DNA of 63,356 nt, filler included, from Anaerolineae bacterium (GTDB lineage Bacteria > Chloroflexota > Anaerolineae > Epilineales > Epilineaceae), in the NCBI GenBank assembly GCA_029262755.1. It is 7 parts of 7 records of this genome, joined end to end, with 100 filler letters (N's around TTAATTAATTAA, not from the genome) between each part and the next. Parts side by side here need not be neighbours in the genome. Positions count along the whole stretch, not along the records: positions 18,603 to 40,467 come from JAJCYU010000399.1; 6 more parts are not named here. The stretch is one strand, 5' to 3'. A model generated the notes under the pieces. That model saw only the letters and a list, made by a program, of their open reading frames with translations, searched no databases and was not told the origin of the DNA. A program made the position numbers and the translations under genes. Of the stretch, positions 21,439 through 30,502 are shown one piece after another; position 1 is the stretch's first letter; each line of letters opens with the position of its first letter.

Positions 21439-21753
21439 ATGGCGCGACGGCGTCGCAACCCATCCCCATCCCCCTTGGACATGTCGCGCGACCAGATTCG
21501 CATTTCGCGGCGAGAACTGAAGAAGTTGCAGCGGCATATGGGACAGGATGGGGCGTTCAGCCGCCTCTTCATGGCAGGATTTCTCCGCCGGCATGCGATG
21601 CCCCTCGATGTGCTACTGGAGGTCGCACGCGCCGCCGATAGGCACGCCATCGATCCACGAAGCGCACCGAAAGGCCTGCAGCTTCCGGACGGACGCCGCG
21701 CGATTGTCGACCATGCCGGAGCACGCATCGAGCGCAACGCCCCCACGTCCTAG
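21439..21753 (+). CDS. Small basic hypothetical protein (104 aa)
   Basis: Strong AAGGAGG SD before ATG 21439; MARRRRNPSPSPLDMSRDQIRISRRELKKLQRH; no family recognised. Confidence 0.6.
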   Translation: MARRRRNPSPSPLDMSRDQIRISRRELKKLQRHMGQDGAFSRLFMAGFLRRHAMPLDVLLEVARAADRHAIDPRSAPKGLQLPDGRRAIVDHAGARIERNAPTS

Positions 21754-21839
21754 CGCCTGCACGGCGCCCCGTTTGAGGGCGGCGCCGCCACGCCCTCGGT
21801 TACACTTCTTATTGTTGGACGAGCCCGAAGGAATCCATC

Positions 21840-23297
21840 ATGAGCGAACTAAACGGCGCCGGACCGATCGACCACGAAACCTTTCAGAGCCCGTTCACGT
21901 GGCGCTATGGCTCGCCGCCCATGCGTGCGCTGTGGAGCGAGAAGACCAAACGCCTGATGATGCGCCGTGTGTGGCTGGCTCTTGCGGAAACGCAGGCGGA
22001 AGCGGGATTGGTCAGCGAAGAACAGCTCGCGGATTTGCACGCCACGGCGGACCAGATTGACATTGCGCGTGCGGAGCAGATCGAGCAAACGACGCGACAC
22101 GACGTGATGGCCGAGATTCTGGCTTGGGCGGAGCGTGCGCCGGTCGGCGGCGGGATCATACATCTCGGCGCGACGAGCGCCGACATCACCGACAACGTCG
22201 ATGCGCTGCGGCTGCGGGATGGCATGGCGCTTATCCGCACCCGGCTCGTGGACCTGATCGACGCATTGGCGGAGCGTGTCGAGGACACCGCGGACCAGGT
22301 CACGTTGGGTTGGACGCACATCCAACCCGCGGCGCCGACGACGGTGGGACACCGGCTTGCGGGCGCGTTGCAAGACTTCCTGACGGACCTCGAAGCCTTG
22401 GACGGCATGCGCGATGGTCTGCGCGCGAAGGGATTCAAAGGTGCCGTGGGAACCGCGGCCAGCTATCAGGCTTTGCTGGCCGAGACCGACATGACGGCAG
22501 CCGAAATGGAGCGGCGAGCGATGGAACGGCTCGGCCTGCGCGCTGCGCCGATCACCACGCAGGTCTACCCGCGCAAGACCGATTGGCGTGTGCTCAACGT
22601 GCTGGCCGGCATTGCGGGCAGCGCGGCGACCTTCGCATTCAACGTTCGTCTTCTCCAGAGCCCACCGTTCGGCGAATGGTCCGAAGGCTTTGGCGAGGGG
22701 CAGGTGGGCTCGTCCGCGATGCCGTGGAAGCGCAATCCGATCAACGCCGAGAACGTGAACTCCTTGGCACGCTACATTGCCGCCATGCCCCAGGTCGCAT
22801 GGGCCAATGAGGCAACGTCCCTCCTGGAGCGCACGCTGGATGATTCGGGCAACCGGCGCCTCGTGTTTCCCACGGCCTTCCTCGCCGCCGACGAGTTGCT
22901 CGACCGCTGCGCGCGCCTCGTGCGACGGATGGTTGTGGAAGAAGGAGCGGTCGCTGCAACCTTGGCACGCTTCGGCCCCTTCGCCGCCACGGAACGCGTC
23001 CTGATCGCCGCGTCGGGGGCCGGAGGCGACCGTCAAGCCCTCCACGCCCACATTCGCACCCACAGCCTCACCGCATGGGCAGCCATCGAGCGCGGCGAGT
23101 CCAACCCACTCGCCGATCTGCTGGCCGCGGAACCGGAGATCACGAAGTTCGTTCCCGCCGATCAGGTCCGAGCCTTGGTGGCGGACCCGGGTGCGCACGT
23201 AGGCGACGCTCCCGAGCGGGCACGGGCGTTGGCGGCGCGTGCGCGCAGCGTAGTCAGCGGAGCACGCGCGGCGGCCGAGACCGCCCACGATGGCTAA
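21840..23297 (+). CDS. purB: Adenylosuccinate lyase
   Basis: RHDVMA, IHLGATSADITDN, THIQPA, GSSAMPWKRNP, ERTLDDS. Confidence 0.96.
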   Translation: MSELNGAGPIDHETFQSPFTWRYGSPPMRALWSEKTKRLMMRRVWLALAETQAEAGLVSEEQLADLHATADQIDIARAEQIEQTTRHDVMAEILAWAERAPVGGGIIHLGATSADITDNVDALRLRDGMALIRTRLVDLIDALAERVEDTADQVTLGWTHIQPAAPTTVGHRLAGALQDFLTDLEALDGMRDGLRAKGFKGAVGTAASYQALLAETDMTAAEMERRAMERLGLRAAPITTQVYPRKTDWRVLNVLAGIAGSAATFAFNVRLLQSPPFGEWSEGFGEGQVGSSAMPWKRNPINAENVNSLARYIAAMPQVAWANEATSLLERTLDDSGNRRLVFPTAFLAADELLDRCARLVRRMVVEEGAVAATLARFGPFAATERVLIAASGAGGDRQALHAHIRTHSLTAWAAIERGESNPLADLLAAEPEITKFVPADQVRALVADPGAHVGDAPERARALAARARSVVSGARAAAETAHDG

Positions 23298-25941
23298 GCA
23301 GCGTGCGTTGGATGACGCCCCCGACGACCCTGTCGGGGGCCGTCCGGCTCGCGTCGTAATCCTCAGCCACGAACACGCGGATTTTGATGCGGTCGCCTCG
23401 CAAGTGGGGCTGGCCGCATTGATCCCCGGCGCGGTTCCCGTGCTGCCGCGACAGATCAACGAGAACGTCGCGGACTTCTTGATCCTCTACGGTCATGACC
23501 TGCCCCTTCTCGAACCAGACCTATTGCCTCGCGATCGCATCGATCTGGCATGGATGGTCGACACCGATAGCGCCCAAGCGGTGCGGGGCATGCAATCGGA
23601 CACGCCGCGGTCGTTGCTGGACCACCACGTGGCCGAGATAGACAATAATGAAGCCGCTAGCAAGCATTATGTCGAGTATGATGTCCAGGCTGTCGGGGCC
23701 ACGGCCACGCTCGTCTCTGAACGCATGCGCGCCGCGGGGCTGTCTCCGGAACCGGTGGTTGCCACGCTGCTGTTGCTCGCCATACACGAAGACACGGGAT
23801 CACTCGCGTTCGCGTCCACAACGGCGCGCGACGCGCGGGCGGTCGCGTGGCTGATGGAAGCGGGGGCGGACCTTGCCGTCGCGCGCCGCTTCCTGCATCC
23901 GCCCTTGACCACCGCCGGCAACGCTCTGTTTCGCGCGCTGCTGGCCGACGCAGAGTGGCTCGACATCGAGGGGCACGACGTCGTCGTCGTCACGGCAAGC
24001 GCGCGCGGGTTTGACGAGTCTGTTGCCGACGTCGCGCAGCGGGTCATGCGCACGCTCGACCCCGATGCGCTGCTGACGCTCGTCGAGCTCGACGAGCACG
24101 TGCTGTTCGTCGGCCGGAGTGCGACGGATGCCGTCGACGTGGCTGCGGGTGCACGGGCCCTTGGCGGCGGGGGCCATCCGCGCGCCGCCGCCTCCGTCGT
24201 CAATCTGGATCGGGCGAAAGCCCGTCAGCAGCTACAAGGTCTGATCGAGGACGGTACGTTCCAGGGCCCGGTCACCCGCGAAGCGCAGATCATGACCCCC
24301 GTGCCGCTTCGCTGCCTCTCGACCACGGATACGGTCGAGGAGGCGCTGCGCGTTGCTCGCAGTCACGGGCACGAAGGCTACCCGGTGCTGGACGGCGACC
24401 GCGTTGCCGGGATGGTCAGCCGCGCCGCTCTCGACCTCGCAGTCCATCATCATCTTCAGAATCGCCCGCTCTCGGAGTTGCTCTCGCCGCAAGCGCAGAG
24501 GATTCGCTCCACCGATAGCTTGGCGCGTCTGCGGCGCCTCATGACTCGCTTCGATGTCGGCCAGGTGCCTGTGGTCGATGACGAGGAACTCGTCGGAATC
24601 GTGACCCGCACTGACTTGCTAGCCGATCTTCGCAGAAGAGACCGCGAGCGTCATACGACCGACGTGCGCCTGGATCTCGACGCGGTTCTCGGCGCACCCT
24701 ACCGTGACGCGGTGCAGGCCGCCTACGCGCTGGCCGACGAGCGAGACGAGCGCGCCTACGTCGTCGGTGGTCTTCCGCGCGACCTCTTGCTCGGTGCGGC
24801 GCGGCGCGTGGATGTCGATTTGGTCGTGGTTGGCGATGCCCCTGCATTGGCCCACGCGCTGGCGAGCCGGCATGGCGGACAGGCCGTCACACACGGACGT
24901 TTCGGCACGGCGACGTGGAAACGAGACGACACCGTGTTGGACTTGGTCACCGCGCGCGCAGAGTCCTACGCGCGGCCGGCCGCCCTGCCCACGGTCACGG
25001 CCGGTTCGCTGCGCGCCGACCTGCGACGGCGCGACTTCACCATCAATACGCTTGCGTTGGACCTCGCTCCGGGGCGTCGAGGGCATGTCATCGACCTGTT
25101 CGGAGGCATTCAAGATCTCAAGGCGGGCCGCATCCGGGTTCTACACGGTCTGAGCTTCGTGGAAGATCCGACCCGGATTCTACGGGCTGCGCGCTTCGAG
25201 CAGCGGCTTGGGATGGACATGGAACCGTACACGGAGAGCCTCGCGCGGGGCGCGGTTTCCTGGCTGGCTCATGTCTCTCCCGCACGCGTGCGCGCCGAGC
25301 TTCGCCTGGCCTTCGCCGAGCCGCAACGCGTGCTTGTGCTCGAACGGCTCGCGGAGCTCGGCGCTCTGCGCGCCATAGCGAGCGATCTTGGCTTCACGAC
25401 GGCCGACCGCGAAGCGCAACTCCGTATCGACGAGACGTGGGCGCGCTGGCGTGGCTGGACGATCGGAGAGGGTATGGAGCCCCATCCGGCGCCGGTGCAG
25501 CGGCTCGTGATGTGGCTTGCCGGACAAAGAGACGCGGGCTCGAGGGCCGCGGAGCGGCTGGGTCTCAGCCGGCGTTCGCGGCTGCTGCTGGAGAGCGTAT
25601 TGCGCATGCTCGATGTTTCGTCGGCATGGTCGCAGACTGCGTCCGCGCGCGAGATCGAAGTCGGACTCGAAGGCGGGTCGCCCGAGGCGCTGGTCCTCGC
25701 CTCGGCGCTGTCGACCCGAGCTGAAACACGCGGGGCCTTTGAGCTCTATGGGCGAGAACTTTCGGCGATTCTACCGTTGCTTTCGAGCGAAGAGCTGAAG
25801 GCCTTGGGCGTGCCGCCAGGTCCGGGCTTTGGCGAGCTATTGCGGATCTTGCGAGACGCGCAGCTGGGAGAGCGGCAGATCGATCGGGACGCGGCCCTCG
25901 CGATGGTGCGCGGCTGGCTCGAGGAGCGAAGCGGCGCGTGA
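23290..25941 (+). CDS. DHH/DHHA1-CBS-tRNA nucleotidyltransferase fusion (CCA- or A-adding enzyme)
   Basis: HEHADFD, LLDHH, GGGGHPRAA, CBS pair, VGGLPRDLL..DVD, DLRRRDFTIN, SFVEDPTRILRAARF. Confidence 0.92.
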   Translation: MAKQRALDDAPDDPVGGRPARVVILSHEHADFDAVASQVGLAALIPGAVPVLPRQINENVADFLILYGHDLPLLEPDLLPRDRIDLAWMVDTDSAQAVRGMQSDTPRSLLDHHVAEIDNNEAASKHYVEYDVQAVGATATLVSERMRAAGLSPEPVVATLLLLAIHEDTGSLAFASTTARDARAVAWLMEAGADLAVARRFLHPPLTTAGNALFRALLADAEWLDIEGHDVVVVTASARGFDESVADVAQRVMRTLDPDALLTLVELDEHVLFVGRSATDAVDVAAGARALGGGGHPRAAASVVNLDRAKARQQLQGLIEDGTFQGPVTREAQIMTPVPLRCLSTTDTVEEALRVARSHGHEGYPVLDGDRVAGMVSRAALDLAVHHHLQNRPLSELLSPQAQRIRSTDSLARLRRLMTRFDVGQVPVVDDEELVGIVTRTDLLADLRRRDRERHTTDVRLDLDAVLGAPYRDAVQAAYALADERDERAYVVGGLPRDLLLGAARRVDVDLVVVGDAPALAHALASRHGGQAVTHGRFGTATWKRDDTVLDLVTARAESYARPAALPTVTAGSLRADLRRRDFTINTLALDLAPGRRGHVIDLFGGIQDLKAGRIRVLHGLSFVEDPTRILRAARFEQRLGMDMEPYTESLARGAVSWLAHVSPARVRAELRLAFAEPQRVLVLERLAELGALRAIASDLGFTTADREAQLRIDETWARWRGWTIGEGMEPHPAPVQRLVMWLAGQRDAGSRAAERLGLSRRSRLLLESVLRMLDVSSAWSQTASAREIEVGLEGGSPEALVLASALSTRAETRGAFELYGRELSAILPLLSSEELKALGVPPGPGFGELLRILRDAQLGERQIDRDAALAMVRGWLEERSGA

Positions 25942-26022
25942 CCCTCGTAGCCGTCGCGAACGCGCGGACGCGAAGGCGGGAGACCCGCAACGCCCCGCGG
26001 CGCCGTGATATACTCCCGCGCC

Positions 26023-26703
26023 ATGACCAGTTCCCCGCGGCCGCGCGCCGCATCGCGCGACACGGAGGCCTGGCTGCGCGATCTGCGCGGCGAGGGTCGT
26101 GCGCGAGACCGTGCGATTCTCGACCTGCGCGACTATCTTTTGCGCGCTGTCCTGGTGTACTTGACCCGCCACCGTGCGGATCTGCGGGCCTTTGATTTCG
26201 CAGAACTCCAGCAGTTCGCGGAAGACTGGGCGCAGCTTGCCGTCCTGCAGGTGCTCGACAAGCTCGATGCCTTCGAGGGTCGCAGCAAGTTTACGACGTG
26301 GGCGTATCGGGTCGCGATCAATCTGGCCGCGGGCGAACTACGCCGCAAGCGGTGGGCCGATGTATCGCTGGACCAACTGCGAGATCAGGAGTCGCCCGAT
26401 CTCGGCTTGCTGGCCGACACAGGGGCGATCGAGCCGGAACAGGTGGCCGCTCGACAGCTCGTGTGGGAGGCTGTCGGCGAGGTAATCAACAGCGAGCTGA
26501 GTGAGCGCCAGCGCACCGCGCTTACGCGTGTGATCATCGAAGGGGTGCCCGTCGAGGCGGTGGCGGAGGAGTTGGGAACGAACCGCAACAACGTCTACAA
26601 GATCGTGCACGACGCGCGCAAGAAGCTACGTCGTGGCCTGGAGCAGCGCAGTTGGGGCGCAGACGACGTGCTCGCCTTGTTTGACGCAAACGGGGAAGGA
26701 TGA
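26023..26703 (+). CDS. ECF-type sigma-70 factor
   Basis: Region 2 FEGRSKFTTWAYRVAIN; region 4 LSERQR...VAEELGTNRNNVYKIVHDARKKLR. Confidence 0.92.
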   Translation: MTSSPRPRAASRDTEAWLRDLRGEGRARDRAILDLRDYLLRAVLVYLTRHRADLRAFDFAELQQFAEDWAQLAVLQVLDKLDAFEGRSKFTTWAYRVAINLAAGELRRKRWADVSLDQLRDQESPDLGLLADTGAIEPEQVAARQLVWEAVGEVINSELSERQRTALTRVIIEGVPVEAVAEELGTNRNNVYKIVHDARKKLRRGLEQRSWGADDVLALFDANGEG

Positions 26704-26707
26704 GGCG

Positions 26708-27634
26708 ATGAACGAGCCCACCGGCACGATTCCGGAGCCGAAAGATCTGCCCATCGGAGTCTCGCGCCCCGAAGCCGTGACGCCGGCCGAATACGCCTTC
26801 GGTGACGATCGCCCTCCGTTCCATGGACCGTCCGCGAGCACATCCCGAAGCGCGCTGGAACGCGATGCCATGGCATGGCCTCCCGCCGCCTGGGAACGTG
26901 CTCCGACGGCATGGCGCGACGATTTGGGCCAGATCCTGGATCTGCCGCCCGACGTGCCGCGGCGGCCGGCGCCGAGCAGTCCGGCCGGCGCGCTCCACGA
27001 TGCCGAGATGGAGCAGCTCCGTAGCCTCGACGAGTCGGAAGTTGGCCCTTCGGCGGCGGAGCGGGCGCGCAAGGTACGTTCCGTAGCACGGGATGTGGCG
27101 GAGACGGTGCTGCTCACGGCCGTCATCTTCTTCGCGATCCGTGCCATCGTGCAGAATTTCAAGATCGAAGGCTCCAGCATGATGCCCACCCTGGAGTCCG
27201 GACAATACGTTCTTGTCAACAAGATGGCCTATCGCGGATTCGGTGAGCCCCATCGCGGCGATATCGTCGTGTTCGAGTCGTGGAACGACCCGGACAAGGA
27301 CTACATCAAGCGCATCATAGGTCTGCCAGGCGATTCGGTGGAGATCAAGGATCGGAGCGTCCGTATCAATAAGGACGTCCTCGATGAACCTTACTTAGAA
27401 GGCGCTTCCACGTCGCCCGCGTATGGGCCACGCGTGCTTGCGACGGACGAGTTCTTCGTGTTGGGTGACAATCGATCGAATTCGAGCGATTCGCGGCAAC
27501 ATGACGCCATGGCGCGTGACCAACTCATCGGCAAGGCGTGGCTGATCTATTGGCCGTTTCCAGATATTCGGCTGGTTCCCGGCGTCGAAGACACGGCAGC
27601 GCAGATCGAAGCAGTTGGAAGCGCTCGACGTTAA
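26708..27634 (+). CDS. lepB: Signal peptidase I (copy 1, long N-terminal extension)
   Basis: GSSMMPTL (Ser), YIKRIIGLPGD (Lys), GDNRSNSSDSR; one TM segment. Confidence 0.95.
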   Translation: MNEPTGTIPEPKDLPIGVSRPEAVTPAEYAFGDDRPPFHGPSASTSRSALERDAMAWPPAAWERAPTAWRDDLGQILDLPPDVPRRPAPSSPAGALHDAEMEQLRSLDESEVGPSAAERARKVRSVARDVAETVLLTAVIFFAIRAIVQNFKIEGSSMMPTLESGQYVLVNKMAYRGFGEPHRGDIVVFESWNDPDKDYIKRIIGLPGDSVEIKDRSVRINKDVLDEPYLEGASTSPAYGPRVLATDEFFVLGDNRSNSSDSRQHDAMARDQLIGKAWLIYWPFPDIRLVPGVEDTAAQIEAVGSARR

Positions 27635-27740
27635 TGGAAAAATCATCCGCAGTCGGTAGTCTTGCTCCCGGCACGCAGCCGGCCGGCAATACGTACGAGC
27701 GCACACGGCTCGACGAACTCTTCGCGTGGGAGTCTCCCGC

Positions 27741-28421
27741 ATGAGCGATCGATATCCGTCATCCACCCCGGTTCCCGCCCTCGAGCGGGACGCGATGGCG
27801 TGGCCCCCTTCCGGTTGGGAAGAGAACACGGCCTGGGATTGGTCTCCCGAAGCCGGCAACGCTCCGGCGCCGCGCTCGGCCGGTGGTGCGCGGCGCGGGC
27901 TATGGCGCGAGGTTCTCGAGACGGCGCTGCTCACGCTGGTCATTTCCCTCGGTATCCATGCGGTCGTGCAGAGTCGACAGGTCGAGGGTTCAAGCATGGA
28001 GCCCACCCTCCACACGGGCGAGCGGCTGCTGATCAACAAATTCGCCTATCTGGGCTTCGGAGAACCGCAGCGGGGCGACATCGTGGTGTTTCGCGCGTGG
28101 GGCCAAGAAGAGGACTTCATCAAACGCGTCGTCGGTTTGCCCGGCGACCACATCGAGGTGCGCGACGACTCGATCTACGTCAACGAGGCGCGCCTCGCAG
28201 AGCCCTATCTGGATCAGCCAACGGCCGGAGCCGGCCGCGATGTGCAGTTGGCCGTGGACGAGTACTACGTCCTGGGCGACAACCGCGGAAACTCCAGTGA
28301 TTCCCGCCTGTTCGGCGCGCTTGAGCGTGGCGAGATCGTCGGCAAGGCGCTCGTTCGGTATTGGCCCTTGGACGAGGCCCGTTGGTTGGCGGACATGACT
28401 CCGTACGCGATGGCCCGCTAG
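27741..28421 (+). CDS. lepB: Signal peptidase I (copy 2)
   Basis: GSSMEPTL, FIKRVVGLPGD, GDNRGNSSDSR. Confidence 0.95.
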   Translation: MSDRYPSSTPVPALERDAMAWPPSGWEENTAWDWSPEAGNAPAPRSAGGARRGLWREVLETALLTLVISLGIHAVVQSRQVEGSSMEPTLHTGERLLINKFAYLGFGEPQRGDIVVFRAWGQEEDFIKRVVGLPGDHIEVRDDSIYVNEARLAEPYLDQPTAGAGRDVQLAVDEYYVLGDNRGNSSDSRLFGALERGEIVGKALVRYWPLDEARWLADMTPYAMAR

Positions 28422-28469
28422 CAATCGGTTGTGGGCGGCGAACATGCCCGCGAACGCCAAACTCACCAT

Positions 28470-28544
28470 GAATCGCTGCGATTCCTACGGCGCCCTACTG
28501 CGAATCACTGCATTTCCACGACGCCCTACTGCGAACTACGGCGC
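28470..28544. repeat. Imperfect ~32-nt tandem repeat (two copies plus a partial third)
   Basis: GAATCGCTGCGATTCCTACGGCGCCCTACTGC / GAATCACTGCATTTCC-ACGACGCCCTACTGC / GAACTACGGCGC. Confidence 0.7.
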
Positions 28545-28631
28545 GTCCATCCCCCTTGTGGCCCCGTACATCCACGCCCGCTCCGGACGTTTGCACCGGC
28601 GTTGGGTTAGACGCGGTGAGCAACGCCGCGC

Positions 28632-28678
28632 TTGACGCTCGGTAGCGGTCCGCCTACACTCGCTCGAACATCTGTTCC
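28632..28678 (+). promoter_or_regulatory. radA sigma-A-type promoter with a LexA (SOS) box at the expected transcription start
   Basis: TTGACG(28632)-17 nt-TACACT(28655), then CGAAC-ATCT-GTTCC at 28665-28678 (GAAC-N4-GTTC). Confidence 0.82.
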
Positions 28679-28710
28679 GGTTTATCGATTCGTGTTTGGA
28701 GCGTGACTCG

Positions 28711-30102
28711 GTGGCTAAGCAGCGCACGTTGTTCGTGTGCGACGACTGCGGGGTGTCCAGCCCGCGCTGGGCTGGACAATGCGGTTCTTGCGGCGCCTGG
28801 AATGCGCTAAAAGAGATGCGCGTCGCGTCCGGTAGTGGGGCGGCGAGTCGGCCGGAGCGGGCCGTTGTCATCCAACGGCAGCGGGCACTGCCGCTTGCGG
28901 ACGTGACGACGGCCGATCTCGACCGGGTCGTGCTTCCGCTCGTTGAGATCAATCGCGTGCTCGGCGGTGGGGTTGTGCCGGGAGGAGTGGTGCTTCTCGG
29001 CGGTGAACCCGGAATCGGCAAGAGCACGTTGATCCTGCAAGCCGCCGACATGTTGGCCCAGCGAACACCGCCCGTCTTGTACGTCTCGGGCGAGGAGTCC
29101 CCGCAGCAGATCAAGGTTCGCGCAGAGCGTCTCGGGCTTTCAGGCGCCGGACTCCACCTGCTCAGCGAGACCAACCTGGATGCCATTCTGGATGAAGTCG
29201 ACCGCCTCGAGCCGCGCGCGCTGATCATCGATTCCATCCAAACCGTGCACCTCGACAGCGTGACCTCCGCGGCGGGCTCCGTAACCCAGGTGCGCGAGTG
29301 TGGCAGCCGCCTCGCTCGCCTCGCCAAAACACGCCATACCCCTGTCTTCCTGATCGGTCACGTGACCAAGTCGGGTGATTTGGCCGGACCGCGGGTGCTG
29401 GAGCATATGGTCGATATCGTCTTGCAGCTGGAGGGCGATCGACACCACAGCTACCGGCTGCTTCGCGGCATCAAGAACCGCTTCGGTTCCACGCACGAGG
29501 TCGGGGTGTTCGAGATGCGCGGCAAGGGCATGATCGAGGTGCCCAACCCGTCCGCGGCGTTTCTGGCGGAGCGCCTCTCCGGCGTGCCGGGCTCGGCGGT
29601 CACGGTGACGCTCGAAGGCACGCGGCCGCTGTTGGTGGAGGTGCAGGCGCTGGTCAGCCCCACGGGCGGCCAGGGCCCTCCGCGGCGCATGGCCAACGGC
29701 ATCGACCTTAACCGCCTGCTGCTGCTTGCGGCCGTGCTCACGCGACGACTTGGGCTGCCGTTGGGCAACCATGACATTTTCGTCAACGTCGTCGGTGGGC
29801 TGCGCGTGGGCGAGCCTTCGATCGACCTCGCCGTGGCGCTAGCGATCGTCTCCAGCGCCCGCGGGCAGGCGATCGACGCCGAGCACGTGGTGTTCGGCGA
29901 GGTCGGCCTCTCCGGCGAGGTGCGCTCCGTCGGCCACGTCGAGCGCCGCTTGGCGGAAGCCGCCAAGCTCGGTTTCCCCCGCGCCGTCGTGCCGGAAATC
30001 GGGCTGCCAAAGGACATGGACGTACGCGATATGCAGGCGCGCGGCGTCCGTACGCTCGGCCAGGCGATCGACGCGGTGCTTGCCGGCGATGCGAGCGGTT
30101 GA
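28711..30102 (+). CDS. radA: DNA repair protein RadA/Sms
   Basis: CDDC..CGSC zinc finger, GEPGIGKST, KNRFG, C-terminal Lon-like domain. Confidence 0.97.
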   Translation: MAKQRTLFVCDDCGVSSPRWAGQCGSCGAWNALKEMRVASGSGAASRPERAVVIQRQRALPLADVTTADLDRVVLPLVEINRVLGGGVVPGGVVLLGGEPGIGKSTLILQAADMLAQRTPPVLYVSGEESPQQIKVRAERLGLSGAGLHLLSETNLDAILDEVDRLEPRALIIDSIQTVHLDSVTSAAGSVTQVRECGSRLARLAKTRHTPVFLIGHVTKSGDLAGPRVLEHMVDIVLQLEGDRHHSYRLLRGIKNRFGSTHEVGVFEMRGKGMIEVPNPSAAFLAERLSGVPGSAVTVTLEGTRPLLVEVQALVSPTGGQGPPRRMANGIDLNRLLLLAAVLTRRLGLPLGNHDIFVNVVGGLRVGEPSIDLAVALAIVSSARGQAIDAEHVVFGEVGLSGEVRSVGHVERRLAEAAKLGFPRAVVPEIGLPKDMDVRDMQARGVRTLGQAIDAVLAGDASG

Positions 30103-30128
30103 TCGTCGACGCTCCTTCACGGTATACT
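30099..30128 (+). promoter_or_regulatory. Putative promoter of the T-box/serS transcript
   Basis: TTGATC-18 nt-TATACT upstream of the T-box leader. Confidence 0.55.
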
Positions 30129-30171
30129 GGGCCGGTCGGTTCGAGCAGCAAGGAACCGGCGCCGATCGACA

Positions 30172-30418
30172 TCGGCGACGACGGAGACAAGTAGCCCGAT
30201 CACGCTTCGCACAGCGAGCCGTGTTGGTGAAAGGCGGCCGGAGCTTCGAGCGAAATCCCCTCCTGAGCCGTCCGCGTACAGGGCTTCGGCGGTACACGAG
30301 CCCGTGAGCGGCACCGGGTCCGCCCGTTACAGCGGAGCGAGCGCCGGCCCTTCGAGGTCCGGAAGCAAGGTGGCACCGCGGGTGGGTCCCCCGTCCTTGC
30401 ACGGATGAGGGGCCTTTT
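30172..30418 (+). promoter_or_regulatory. T-box riboswitch (Ser-specific) with antiterminator and terminator
   Basis: AGTAG, AGCGAG and GGTGAAAG stem-I motifs; GAAA-TCC specifier (Ser, 30256-30258); CCGTTA; T-box AAGGTGGCACCGCG at 30367-30380 closed by CCTTGC; GC hairpin plus TTTT at ~30385-30418; lies upstream of serS. Confidence 0.92.
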
Positions 30419-30502
30419 GCTGTTAACCGAGTGCCGCCGCAGAAGCAAACACCTCAGGCGTGTTGCATGCGGTGCGCCACGACCGCGATCGGGAGAGCCA
30501 CC

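Noticed and set aside
28470..28544. Possible mini-CRISPR array
   Set aside because: The units are contiguous with no spacers, are degenerate, and no cas genes are present. No CRISPR array was seen anywhere in the window.
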